Source: Sphyrna mokarran (lineage: Eukaryota). Taken from it: a DNA stretch of 64,000 nucleotides. Under the pieces are notes generated by a model. The model saw only the letters and a list, made by a program, of their open reading frames with translations. It did not search any database and had not been told where the DNA came from. This document shows positions 26,244 through 38,334 of the stretch, one piece after another (positions within the stretch are counted from its first letter, which is position 1; every line of letters starts with the position of its first letter). The stretch covers positions 6,572,001 to 6,636,000 of the forward strand of contig JAGIQG010000014.1 of assembly GCA_024679065.1 (NCBI GenBank). Reading direction: 5' to 3'. The position numbers and the translations under genes were made by a program.

Positions 26244-27164
26244 CTATTGCCTGAATATGGAGACTAGATTTAATTTTACATATTTTTGCAACATCAGAAT
26301 TATTCTCCAAGGAGATATCACGACCTTCCCTGAATTTAGCTTGTGTAACTGCATAAATACATGTGTTTGTGCATGAACTTAAATGCATGAGCATTGTTCC
26401 GGTTTCAATGGCGATATATTCAGGAGATGTATCATCCAGCTGGATCTGAGCGACCATCCCACTGACTAAAAACTAACGACTCTTGTCAGCCACAACAATA
26501 GAAAGCTACTAGAAATAGTGAACAATAAAATAATAGACTTCCTTCGGTTCTGTATCTCTGGATCATTCTGATTCTCACTGCTTTGAGCCCGGAGGCCCGC
26601 ACGGGTTTTGCTGGACAACAAAATCCGTCTGATTGTCAAAAAATTAAATAGCACTATCAAAGTGAAAGGAATCCATGTCAGTAAGATACTCTGTAACCAG
26701 CTGAATGCCATACCAGTGTGAGAGGAATACAAATCTTGGTTGGGGATGACACCCCATTGAACACCGTTTATTGTGCTTTTATGTTCATATGCAAACCAAG
26801 TGTAAGAGTTGTGTAAATAGATAAGGACTGTAACTGTTATTAAAACTGCAGCCGCTGTTCTCGCTGTGCAATACGTTGTTTTAAACTTCTGACTGCATAT
26901 AGCAATATATCGGTCAAACGTGAATGAAACTGTAAACCATACTGACATACACAGGTTATTACAAAGCATATATATCATTAATTTGCAAACAACAGTGTAG
27001 GAGAGGAATGAATTAGGAAAACGTTTTCTCAGAACGTTATACAAAATTACATTGACGAGCATTACTAACAAATCTGCTGCTGCCATGGCCACCATGTAGA
27101 TAGAGACACATCTGGAAAGACCGCAATTTTCTTTGGCGAGGATCACGATGGTTCACGAGATTCA
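26244..27164 (-). pseudogene. GPCR copy B-left, exon 2, frameshifted
   Basis: Versus intact B-right: +1 nt at ~27152 (gtgaacc vs gtgacc), -1 nt at ~26469 (gttagtttttag vs gttagttatttag), -11 nt at ~26328 (agctgcagaag missing). Exon is 921 vs 932 nt. Confidence 0.85.
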
Positions 27165-27824
27165 CTGTCAGAACGAGAGAGAAGAGACAAGTAATGGAAA
27201 TAGTCTGGTAACACTCAAAGTATACGTTAGTGAAATGTTTGGGTACCCTTTTGCTCAGTTATTGGCACGGAGACATTCTATTGAACAAGCGAACAGAGGT
27301 GATATATTTATTGAAATAGACACCATAAACTCAATATTTAGGCACTCAATGCTTTCCCCATTGCAAACATTTAAGTGTAATGTTTCCACATGTCGAGGGA
27401 AGGGTCGCCCGATTCCGTCTATAGAATGTTAATGCAAAGTTCCCCTCAGCACCATCGACAACAACAAAAAAAACGAGTCTCAGATGAGATCAATTATGAT
27501 TTCGGAGGATTGAATAAACCTAGTGATCTGGGATCAACCTCCTTGCATCCGTATCTATTTAATTACAGTAAGCATCACCCCTGACATTGGGTTTGAGACT
27601 GCATTCACCCTAAGTCGAAATCACACTCATTCTGCATGCCCCGAGGGAAATCCTCAGAAAGGAAATTTCGGCTTCCTCAATAAATTGTAGTTTTTTTTCA
27701 TTTCCTCAGTTAGTGTCCCAGGCTCAAATATCTTCAGCTGCTTCATCGTGACCTTTCTTCCACTACAAGGTCAGAAGTGGGAATGATCATTCATGATTCC
27801 ACAATATATAATATCACACGTGAA

Positions 27825-28770
27825 TCCTCAGATACCAAGACAGCCCGTGTCCAATTACAACAAGATCTGGACAACATCCAGGTTCGGACTGACAACTGAC
27901 AAATAATGGCTGCGTCACACAAGTTTCAGGGAATGACCCCCTACAACAATAATAATCTAAACATTTCCCCCTCGACATTCGAAACCATCACTGAGTCTGC
28001 AACTATAAGCTTCATCCATTAGCACAATCTGAACTGAATGAGTGATATGAAAATAAAGTTTAACAACACTCAGCAGGGCTGGCAGCTTCCGTTGGGGGAG
28101 AAAACAGTTCTTTTTCTTTCTAGCTTTCCCTGCGTTTGCTCCTGATTCCAGCATCCACTGTATTTTGCTTATTTTAGCAAGTAAATATCGTCCACAAGAT
28201 CAGATCAGCGTTTAGAAATCTTGAGGTGATTAATTGACTTCTTGTCTCCCAAAATCCGGTGTACTACTTATATGTTGATGGAGTGATGGAATACTCTCCA
28301 TTTTCTTGCACGAGGCAGCTCCAAAGACACTCAAGATGCTCTAGACAATGCAGGACGAAACAAACGGTTGGAATGCTAACGCGTCCACAAAATGTTAATT
28401 ACCTCTACCGCAGATGCCCTGTAGCAGCCTTGAGCAGCGTTTGCAGGTAATCACCAGGCACCTTACACAGCATTGTACAAAACCCTCGACTAACACCATC
28501 CAGAAAGTCACGGGTAGCAGATATATGGGGACGCTGCCATCTTAATGTTCTCTCAGTCGTCAACCAAACTGAGTGGAAATTTATAGCCGTTCCTTCACTG
28601 CAGTTGTGCCAAAATCTTGGAACTCTCTTTCCCTCTACCAGTAGTGTGGGTGCACTTATAACTTGGACCGTAGTGAATCAGGAAGACAGCTCACTACCCT
28701 CATCCTGAGGGCAACGAGGAATGAACAGTAAGTACATCGGCGCAGACATCTCACAAATGAGTAAAATAAA
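27825..28770 (+). mobile_element. Old CR1-like LINE 3' fragment in GPCR B intron (mirror ~36730-37675)
   Basis: Relic LQQDLDNIQVRTDN peptide; paralogous to 12550-13490. Confidence 0.7.
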
Positions 28771-29549
28771 TGCAACCAAACAAATGTTTCATTTCTATAT
28801 AGTAATTCCCTGTGCTGCCGTTTTGACAATTAAAACCATCTGCCACGAGGCTTGTGTCATTTGATGCATCGGCCAATTGTGTAAGTGAGCGCGGTGGCAC
28901 GGTGGGACAATCGATTGAATTTAGTGTATTAAGTTTACTTGAAGAGGGGGTATCTCAAGAACGGCATCCCATATCAGGGATACCCAATAGTATTTCAAAT
29001 AAATCAGAGAGATGACAATAATAGCTATAGAAATAAATACAAGACTGTGGGATTCTATTGTTTATTATCTGCTTAAGGGAACTGTCGGGTACAGAAAGAG
29101 AAATAGCGGGACGGGAAAACTAAATTGCATCCGTGAGGGGAAGAGCAACCTCCTGAATAGTTATTTTTTCCCCCATGAAATATATTCCAATGATTTTTAT
29201 ACTTTCCGGAGATGCTGCATTTCGAGCTGTTGTCATCTTAAAGGGGTAAATATACAGATTGTCATTGCAAATAAATCGCATACAGACCTATGAACTGTTG
29301 GAAGGGCGGAGAATCAGCCTCGATCTCCGTAAATGTGGGAAGGGAATTTAAACTCCAAGTGCCACATTATTCTGAGCTGAACCGCGGCTCACAGGCCATG
29401 CGAACATTTGAGACTCTCACTGCTATTCAACAATTTATCTCGGCAGAAAGAAAAAAACAATGCAATAATGACCTTTTCGCATTCGGTTGCTGAATCAGTG
29501 AGCAGTGAGATATTCCGCAACTATGCAGCAAAATGGTACATTCACTTAC

Positions 29550-29619
29550 CGGGAGCACCAAAAGCTGCCAGCACTGGATAGAAAATTCCCTTGATCTGTA
29601 GAATTAATGGGAGGGCCAT
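29550..29619 (-). pseudogene. GPCR copy B-left, exon 1 (intact exon of disrupted gene)
   Basis: Mirror of 35881-35950; ATG at 29619, gtaagtg donor at 29549-29543. Confidence 0.83.
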
Positions 29620-31291
29620 TGTGATTTCGAAAAGAATGCAAACGTTTCACTAGATGCACTGTTTTATGTAAGATTCGTAAGTTCTCCCTTTTATACGGTA
29701 ATATGTTCCCTGGGGAGAAAGTTGCGTCAGTTTCACCAACTTAACTTAAAAGGTCCCTTCCCTCTGGAGGGAATGCTGGTTGGCCAATCGACACACTGTC
29801 AGTCCATGAAGCTCCGTCAATTAACATAAGTGATCAGAAAAGAGTCCCGAGCACGTGCGTTCTACGCTGTTTCCCAGAGGATAGAATTGAACATCCACAT
29901 TGACACAATGTTTGATTCTGCCAACTTCATCATGCACTTATTTAAAAGCACGCATTTAATGCACAGCTTAAATTAATTTCGCTCCTGTTTCCCTAACTTT
30001 TCAGTTGATGTGCACTGTGATACGTAATGATGAATCGACGTTTTTATTTGTGACAATTATCTTACTTTCTTGTGTCTTTACTACAGTCTGAATTATAGGA
30101 ACTAAACTACAAATTTACCACTAGTGTTAATTTTCCATTAACAATGCTAACCTAACTTAAATATGCATGACCTACTGAATCATTACCTGAGATGATGCTA
30201 TCTCACAGTGCCCCGTGACAATCCGTGAAATATAGATTAAGTTTGATATCATTCTTTGTCATCCGTCTGACCCACCAGTAAAAAATTGAGACCCAGCGCT
30301 TGACATAGCTTGATGGACAAGTTGCATCGCTCTGAACGAGTGACAGCAAGCTACTGCTGGTGATTGATCTCAGCGCAGCCGAGCTGCAAAGAACATTATA
30401 AAATGCTTTGCATGATTTTATTGACCTCAGCTGAAACTTTACCTATTTGAGATTTCAATCCATCAACAAGCCATGAAAATATTTCCTTGCCGTGTGGACA
30501 CGATATTTCATCCAATGAAACTTTTTGCATGAGTCTTCCCTGACTACTTGGCCAGTATCTAATTTGACCAAATGTTTATCATCCCTGGACGAGCAATGCC
30601 TCCATTTTAACTCCTGATTTTTAAATTCAAATCCCTCGTGGCTACGCTGTTTCCCATCTCAAACATGAATTCCATCCAAAGATTTGCTAAGCTTTACTAT
30701 TCTCATATTCTTGCAGTTTGGACATTGCTCGAATTTGATGTCTGGGATTTCAACTGAATTGGTCTAATCGTCTAAATCACCAGTTTCATTTCCCCCTAAA
30801 GAATCTAAAGCAATCCTTCATATTTGAACAAGATTTTGTCGCGAGAGCTGATGTCTCGTTCCATAGTCAGAGTCAGTGTTTTTGCCATGTATTGACAACT
30901 CTCTTAACAAGAAAGTTGGAAATTTGGTTACTTTAGGGATCTGGAGTATGCCCTTCAAAGTCTGCTCGGCCATTTAATAAGTTTCGGGCTGATCTGCTTG
31001 TAACTACCATTCCATATTTCTTCCAACTCCTGATACATTTCACTCCCTTGATAATCAAGAAAATGTCTCTCTCTGCTTTAAGATTATTCAGAGAGTCTCT
31101 TTGGATTTGGGGAAAGAAACTATGAGTGACGCACGACCAAATAGGAGGGAGGAACAAAATCTCATCACGGCCTTCAACCAGCGAACACTTACTTTAAGCT
31201 TGCATTCATCGTTCCAGATTTGCTTACACAGAAGCAGATTCCCTCCCCACTTCAATCGATTAATGCCCTCATAGTGTGGAAGCTTTTTGGT

Positions 31292-31383
31292 NNNNNNNNN
31301 NNNNNNNNNNNNNNNNNNNNNNNNNNNNNNNNNNNNNNNNNNNNNNNNNNNNNNNNNNNNNNNNNNNNNNNNNNNNNNNNNNN
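31292..31383. other. Assembly gap (92 N)
   Basis: Run of N seen directly. Confidence 1.
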
Positions 31384-33760
31384 ATTACAGTGCAGAACAG
31401 GCCCTACGGCCTTCGATGTTGCGCCGACCAATTATGAAAAAAGCAATGACCCTCCAAACTAAACCATTCCCTTCTCTTCCATAAACGTATCAACTAACCT
31501 CTTAAACGCCACCAAACTTGGCGCATCTACAACTGCCGCAGGCAGGGCATTCCACTCCCTAACCACCCTCTGGTAAAGAACCTACCTCTGATATCCGTCC
31601 TATAACTATCACCCCTTAATTTAAAGCTGTGGTCCCTCGTGCTAGCTTTCTCCATCCGAGGAAAAAGGCTATCACTGTCCACCCTATCTAAACCTCTAAT
31701 CATCTTATATGTTTCGATCAGGTCTCCTCTTAGCCGCCTCCTCTCTAACGAAAACAACCTCAAATCCCTCAGCCTCTCCTCATAAGAACTGCCCTCCATA
31801 CCAGGCAACATCCTGGTAAACCTCCTCTGTACCCTCTCCAATGCCTCCACATCTTTCTTATACTGTGGGGACCAGAACTGCACACAATACTCCAAGTGCG
31901 GCCGCACTAGAGTTTGGTACAGTTGCAACATGACGTTGCGGCTCCGAAATTCAATCCCCCTACCAATAAAAGCTAAGACTCCATATGCCTTCTTAACAAC
32001 CTTATCGACTTGACTGCCTACTTTCAGGGATCTATGCACAAATATACCAAGATCCCTCTGTTCATCAACACTATTAAGAATCCTACCATTAGCCCTATAC
32101 TCTACACACTTATTATTCCTGCCATAGTGCATTACCTCACACTTTTCCACATTAAACTCCATTTGCCACCTCTCGGCCCAGCTCTGCAACTTGTCCAAGT
32201 CCCTCTGCAAACTATAACACCCCTCTTCCCTATCTACCACTCCACCGACTTTAGTGTCATCTGCAAATTTACTAATCCATCCTTCAATAACCTCATCCAG
32301 ATCATTTATAAAAATTACAAACAGCAGGGGCCCCAAAACAGACCCCTGAGGTACACCACTTGTCACCGAACTCCACGATTAATATCTCCCATCAACCACC
32401 ACCCTCTGTCTTCTATCTGCTAGCCAATTCCTAACCCAATTAGCTAAATCAGCCTCTATCCCATACATCTGCATTTTCTGCAGAAGTCTTCCATGGGCCA
32501 CCTTATCAAACGCCTTACTAAAGTCCATATATACCACATCAACCACCTTACCCCCATCCACCTCTTTGGTCACTTTTTCAAAAACTCAATAAGGTTAGTA
32601 AGGCACGACCTACCCTTCACAAAACCATGCTGACTATCCCCAATCAATTCATTTCTCTCTAAATAACTATAAATCATATCCCTAATAATTCTCTCCAATA
32701 CTTTACCCACAACAGAAGTAAGACTCACTGGCCTATAATTCCCTGGAAAGTCTCTCTTCCCCTTCTTGAACAATGGGATCACATTCGCTATCCTCCAGTC
32801 TTCCGGAACTATACCCGTAACCAACGACGACCTGAAGATCACAGCCAGAGCCTCTGCAATCGCCTCTCTTGCCTCCCAGAGAATCCTAGAGTAAATCCCG
32901 TTCAGCCCAGGGCACTTATCTAACTTCAAACCCTCAAGAATATCTAGCACATCCTCCCTATCTACTTCAATACTTTCCAGTTTGCAACGATGTACCTCAG
33001 TGTTCTCCACAACTTCATTTACATCTCCATGCGTGAATACCGAAGAGAAATATTTATTCAGTGCCTCTCCAATCTCTTCAGGCTCCACGCACAACTTCCC
33101 ACTGCTGTCTATGACTGGCCCTAATCTTGTCCAAACCAATCTTCTATTCTTAACATATCTAAAGAAAGTTTTAGGATTCTCCTTAATCCTATCAGCCAAA
33201 GTCTTCTCGTGTCCCCTCTTAGCTCTCCTCAACTCACAATTTAGCTCCCTCCTGGCTAATCTATAGCTATCCATTGCACTAACTGAGCCTTCAAGCCTCA
33301 TCCTGACATAAGCCTCCTTTTTCCTTTTAACCAGTGAATTAACTTTTTTCGTACACCAAAGTTCCCTTACTCGACCATTTCCTCCTTGCCTGACAGGGAC
33401 ATACTTATCAAGGACTCACAGTAGCTGCTCCTTGAATAAGCTCCACATTTCAGATGTTTCCAGTCCCTGTAGTTTCCTAGTCCAACCTATGCACCCTAAT
33501 TCCCTCCTTATGGCCTCATAATTACCATTCCCCCAGCTATAACTACTGCCTCCATCTTCATGCCTATCCATCAATAAGGTGAACGTAACCAAATTGTGGT
33601 CACTATCACCAAAATGTTCACCAACTTCCAAGCCTAACACCTGGTCTGGCTCATTGCCCAGCACCAAATCCAATGTAGCCTCACCTCTAGTTGGCCTATC
33701 TACATACTGAGTCAAAAAACATTCCTGCACACTTTGTACAAAAACTGACCCCTCTAACGA
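31384..33760 (-). mobile_element. CR1-clade LINE (HER1-like), 5'-truncated, ORF2 disrupted
   Basis: Endonuclease end (PTRGEATLDLVLGN, FGDSDHN), [75 protein letters not shown]. Two in-frame stops (33416, 32379) and frameshifts near 32580 and 31575. The 3' UTR runs into the gap. Confidence 0.95.
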
Positions 33761-33794
33761 GGGGTTTTCACAATTAATTTTCACAATAAATGCT

Positions 33795-33997
33795 TCACTC
33801 CCACATCCCAAAAATGTGCTCTTAGGCTGATTGGGTAACAAATTGCCCTATATTGGTCCCTATATGGGAATCTTCAACAATAGACATAGCCAAAGGACAA
33901 GGCTATGTCATGAGGGACGTTAGGACGGCGGTGTGGGCTCGTTGGGCCGAAGGGCCTGTTTCCCGTGCTGTGTTGCCTTTGTTCGTCGTGTTCTCTT
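33795..33997 (+). mobile_element. 3' half of an HE1/V-SINE-like element
   Basis: ctcccacatcccaaaaatgtgctcttaggctgattgg...aaattgccc core and gggccgaagggcctgtttcccgtgctgt CR1-type tail; family recognised from memory. Confidence 0.65.
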
Positions 33998-34009
33998 TGT
34001 AAGACAAGT

Positions 34010-34565
34010 CCATTAGAGACTTCACATAAGGTCGCCCACGCCTGGAGACAAATAAAATGATCTTTTTCAGTGGTAAAGGATATGGTACGTCGAATGCACG
34101 AGTCAAGGCATAATTGGCTTGTTCCAATGATAGAAGATTGGAAAGTTAACTTTGAACTCACAAGAATTCAGTCGAGTAATGGATGACTTGATCAAAAGCT
34201 TCCACACTCTGAGGGGCATTATCGAGTGAAGGTGGGGAGGAATTTGCTTCTTGTAAGCAAATCTGGAACGAGGAATGCAAGCTTAAAGTAAGTGTTCACT
34301 TAAAGCAAGTGTAAAGTAAGTGTTGAAGGCCGTGATGAGATTTTGTTCCTCCCTCCCATTTGGTCGTGTGTCACTCATAGTTTCTTTCCCCAAATCCAAA
34401 GAGACTCTCTGAATAATCTTAAAGCAGAGAGAGACATTTTCTTGATTATCAAGGGAGTGAAATGTATCAGGAGTTGGAAGAAATATGGAATGGTAGTTAC
34501 AAGCAGATCAGCCCGAAACTTATTAAATGGCCGAGCAGACTTTGAAGGGCATACTCCAGATCCCT
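34010..34565 (+). mobile_element. Old CR1 3' fragment upstream of GPCR B (partial mirror 30935-31291)
   Basis: aaagcagagagagacattttcttgatt...cagatcagcc...aaatggccgagcagactttgaagggc resembles a shark CR1 3' UTR. Confidence 0.55.
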
Positions 34566-35669
34566 AAAGTAACCAAATTTCCAACTTCCTTGTTAAGAGA
34601 GTTGTCAATACATGGCAAAAACACTGACTCTGACTATGGAAGGAGACATCAGCTCTCGCGACAAAATCTTGTTCAAATATGAAGGATTGCTTTAGATTCT
34701 TTAGGGGGAAATGAAACTGGTGATTTAGACGATTAGACCAATTCAGTTGAAATCCCAGACATCAAATTCGAGCAATGTCCAAACTGCAAGAATATGAGAA
34801 TAGTAAAGCTTAGCAAATCTTTGGATGGAATTCATGATTGAGATGGGAAACAGCGTAGCCACGAGGGATTTGAATTTAAGAATCAGGAGTTAAAATGGAG
34901 GCATTGCTCGTCCAGGGATGATAAACATTTGGTCAAATTAGATACTGGCCAAGTAGTCAGGGAAGACTCATGCAAAAAGTTTCATTGGATGAAATATCGT
35001 GTCCACACGGCAAGGAAATATTTTCATGGCTTGTTGATGGATTGAAATCTCAAATAGGTAAAGTTTCAGCTGAGGTCAATAAAATCATGCAAAGCATTTT
35101 ATAATGTTCTTTGCAGCTCGGCTGCGCTGAGATCAATCACCAGCAGTAGCTTGCTGTCACTCGTTCAGAGCGATGCAACTTGTCCATCAAGCTATGTCAA
35201 GCGCTGGGTCTCAATTTTTTACTGGTGGGTCAGACGGATGACAAAGAATGATATCAAACTTAATCTATATTTCACGGATTGTCACGGGGCACTGTGAGAT
35301 AGCATCATCTCAGGTAATGATTCAGTAGGTCATGCATATTTAAGTTAGGCTAGCATTGTTAATGGAAAATTAACACTAGTGGTAAATTTGTAGTTTAGTT
35401 CCTATAATTCAGACTGTAGTAAAGACACACGAAAGTAAGATAATTGTCACAAATAAAAACGTCGATTCATCATTAAGTATCACAGTGCACATCAACTGAA
35501 AAGTTAGGGAAACAGGAGCGAAATTAATTTAAGCTGTGCATTAAATGCGTGCTTTTAAATAAGTGCATGATGAAGTTGGCAGAATCAAACATTGTGTCAA
35601 TGTGGATGTTCAATTCTATCCTCTGGGAAACAGCGTAGAACGCACGTGCTCGGGACTCTTTTCTGATCA

Positions 35670-35815
35670 CTTATGTTAATTGACGGAGCTTCATGGACAG
35701 ACAGTGTGTCGATTGGCCAACCAGCATTCCCTCCAGAGGGAAGGGACCTTTTAAGTTAAGTTGGTGAAACTGACGCAACTTTCTCCCCAGGGAACATATT
35801 ACCGTATAAAAGGGA
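35670..35815 (+). promoter_or_regulatory. Putative proximal promoter of GPCR B-right (homeodomain, CCAAT, O/E-like site, TATA)
   Basis: TAATTG 35677-35682, ATTGG 35712-35716, TCCCCAGGGA 35784-35793, TATAAAA 35805-35811, ATG 35881. Same order in unit A at ~51005-51135 (ACCCCAGGGA, TACAAAA). Confidence 0.5.
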
Positions 35816-35880
35816 GAACTTACGAATCTTACATAAAACAGTGCATCTAGTGAAACGTTTGCATTCTTTTCGAAATCACA

Positions 35881-35950
35881 ATGGCCCTCCCATTAATTCT
35901 ACAGATCAAGGGAATTTTCTATCCAGTGCTGGCAGCTTTTGGTGCTCCCG
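35881..35950 (+). CDS. GPCR copy B-right, coding exon 1 (MALPLILQIKGIFYPVLAAFGAP)
   Basis: ATG at 35881, donor gtaagtg at 35951; not called in the ORF track. Confidence 0.88.
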
Positions 35951-38334
35951 GTAAGTGAATGTACCATTTTGCTTCATAGTTGCGGAATATCTCACTGCTC
36001 ACTGATTCAGCAACCGAATGCGAAAAGGTCATTATTGCATTGTTTTTTCTTTCTGCCGAGATAAATTGTTGAATAGCAGTGAGAGTCTCAAATGTTCGCA
36101 TGGCCTGTGAGCCGCGGTTCAGCTCAGAATATTGTGGCACTTGGAGTTTAAATTCCCTTCCCACATTTACGGAGATCGAGGCTGATTCTCCGCCCTTCCA
36201 ACAGTTCATAGGTCTGTATGCGATTCATTTGCAATGACAATCTGTATATTTACCCCTTTAAGATGACAACAGCTTGAAATGCAGCATCTCCGGAAAGTAT
36301 AAAAATCATTCGAATATATTTCATGGGGGAAAAAATAACTATTCAGGAGGTTGCTCTTCCCCTCACGGATGCAATTTAGTTTTCCCGTCCCGCTATTTCT
36401 CTTTCTGTACCCGACAGTTCCCTTACGCTGATGATAAACAATAGAATCCCACAGTCTTGTATTTATTTCTATAGCTATTGTTGTCATCTCTCTGATTTAT
36501 TTGAAATACTATTGGGTATCCCTGATATGGGATGCCGTTCTTGAGATACCCCCTCTTCAAGTAAACTTAATACACTAAATTCAATCGATTGTCCCACCGT
36601 GCCACCGCGCTCACTTACACAATTGGCCGATGCATCAAATGACACAAGCCTCGTGGCAGATGGTTTTAATTGTCAAAACGGCAGCACAGGGAATTACTAT
36701 ATAGAAATGAAACATTTGCTTGGTTGCATTTATTTTACTCATTTGTGAGATGTCTGCGCCGATGTACTTATTGTTCATTCCTCGTTGCCCTCAGGATGAG
36801 GGTGGTGAGCTGTCTTCCTGATTCACTACGGTCCAAGTTATAAGTGCACCCACACTGCTGGTAGAGGGAAAGAGAGTTCCAAGATTTTGGCACAACTGCA
36901 GTGAAGGAACGGCTATAAATTTCCACTCAGTTTGGTTGACGACTGAGAGAACATTAAGATGGCAGCGTCCCCATATATCTGCTACCCGTGACTTTCTGGA
37001 TGGTGTTAGTCGAGGGTTTTGTATAATGCTGTGTAAGGTGCCTGGTGATTTCCTGCAAATGCTGCTCAAGGCTGCTACAGGGCATCTGCGGTAGAGGTAA
37101 TTAACATTTTGTGGACGCGTTAGCATTCCAACCGTTTGTTTCGTCCTGCATTGTCTAGAGCATCTTGAGTGTCTTTGGAGCTGCCTCGTGCAAGAAAATG
37201 GAGAGTATTCCATCACTCCATCAACATATAAGTAGTACACCGGATTTTGGGAGACAAGAAGTCAATTAATCACCTCAAGATTTCTAAACGCTGATCTGAT
37301 CTTGTGGACGATATTTACTTGCTAAAATAAGCAAAATACAGTGGATGCTGGAATCAGGAGCAAACGCAGGGAAAGCTAGAAAGAAAAATTTCTGTTTTCT
37401 CCCCCAACGGAAGCTGCCAGCCCTGCTGAGTGTTGTTAAACTTTATTTTCATATCACTCATTCAGTTCAGATTGTGCTAATGGTTGAAGCTTATAGTTGC
37501 AGACTCAGTGATGGTTTCGAATGTCGAGGGGGAAAAGTTTAGATTATTATTGTTGTAGGGGGTCATTCCCTGAAACTTGTGTGACGCAGCCATTATTTGT
37601 CAGTTGTCAGTCCGAACCTGGATGTTGTCCAGAACTTGTTGTAATTGGACACGGGCTGTCTTGGTATCTGAGGATTCACATGTGATATTATATATTGTGG
37701 AATCATGAATGATCATTCCCACTTCTGACCTTGTAGTGGAAGAAAGGTCACGATGAAGCAGCTGAAGATGTTTGAGCCTGGGACACTAACTGAGGAAATG
37801 AAAAAAAAACTACAATTTATTGAGGAAGCCGAAATTTCCTTTCTGAGGATTTCCCTCGGGGCATGCAGAATGAGTGTGATTTCGACTTAGGGTGAATGCA
37901 GTCTCAGACCCAATGTCAGGGTGATGCTTACTGTAATTAAATCGATACGGATGCAAGGAGGTTGATCACAGATCACTAGGTTTATTCAATCCTCCGAAAT
38001 CATAATTGATCTCATTTGAGACTCGTTTTTTTTGTTGTTGTCGATGGTGCTGAGGGGAACTTTGCATTAACATTCTATAGACGGAATCGGGCGACCCTTC
38101 CCTCGACATGTGGAAACATTACACTTAAATGTTTGCAATGGGGAAAGCATTGAGTGCCTAAATATTGAGTTTATGGTGTCTATTTCAATAAATATATCAC
38201 CTCTGTTCGCTTGTTCAATAGAATGTCTCCGTGCCAATAACTGAGCAAAAGTGTACCCAAACATTTCACTAACGTATACTTTGAGTGTTACCAGACTATT
38301 TCCATTACTTGTCTCTTCTCTCTCGTTCTGACAG

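Larger units (their letters stand above)
1526..31291. repeat. Left arm of ~30 kb inverted duplication (palindrome)
   Basis: Base 64000 reverse-complements to 1526 (cacttttcacctttatcg). ORF pairs mirror with near-constant coordinate sums: 1868+63658=65526, 10958+54561=65519, 30933+34567=65500. The arm ends at the N gap. Confidence 0.98.
21342..31291. repeat. Paralogous unit B (direct orientation to unit A)
   Basis: Same order of blocks as unit A (old CR1 piece, GC-rich block, SINE, minisatellite, GPCR exon 2, intronic LINE, exon 1, upstream region), with large indels. Confidence 0.9.

Noticed and set aside
26212-26457. Separate 81-aa gene
   Set aside because: It is the frameshifted TM7 remnant of GPCR B-left.
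31220-31484. ORFs spanning the centre
   Set aside because: They read through the N gap.
31527-33841. Functional RT/endonuclease genes (retron- or DGR-like system)
   Set aside because: The four ORFs are fragments of one CR1 ORF2 broken by stops and frameshifts.
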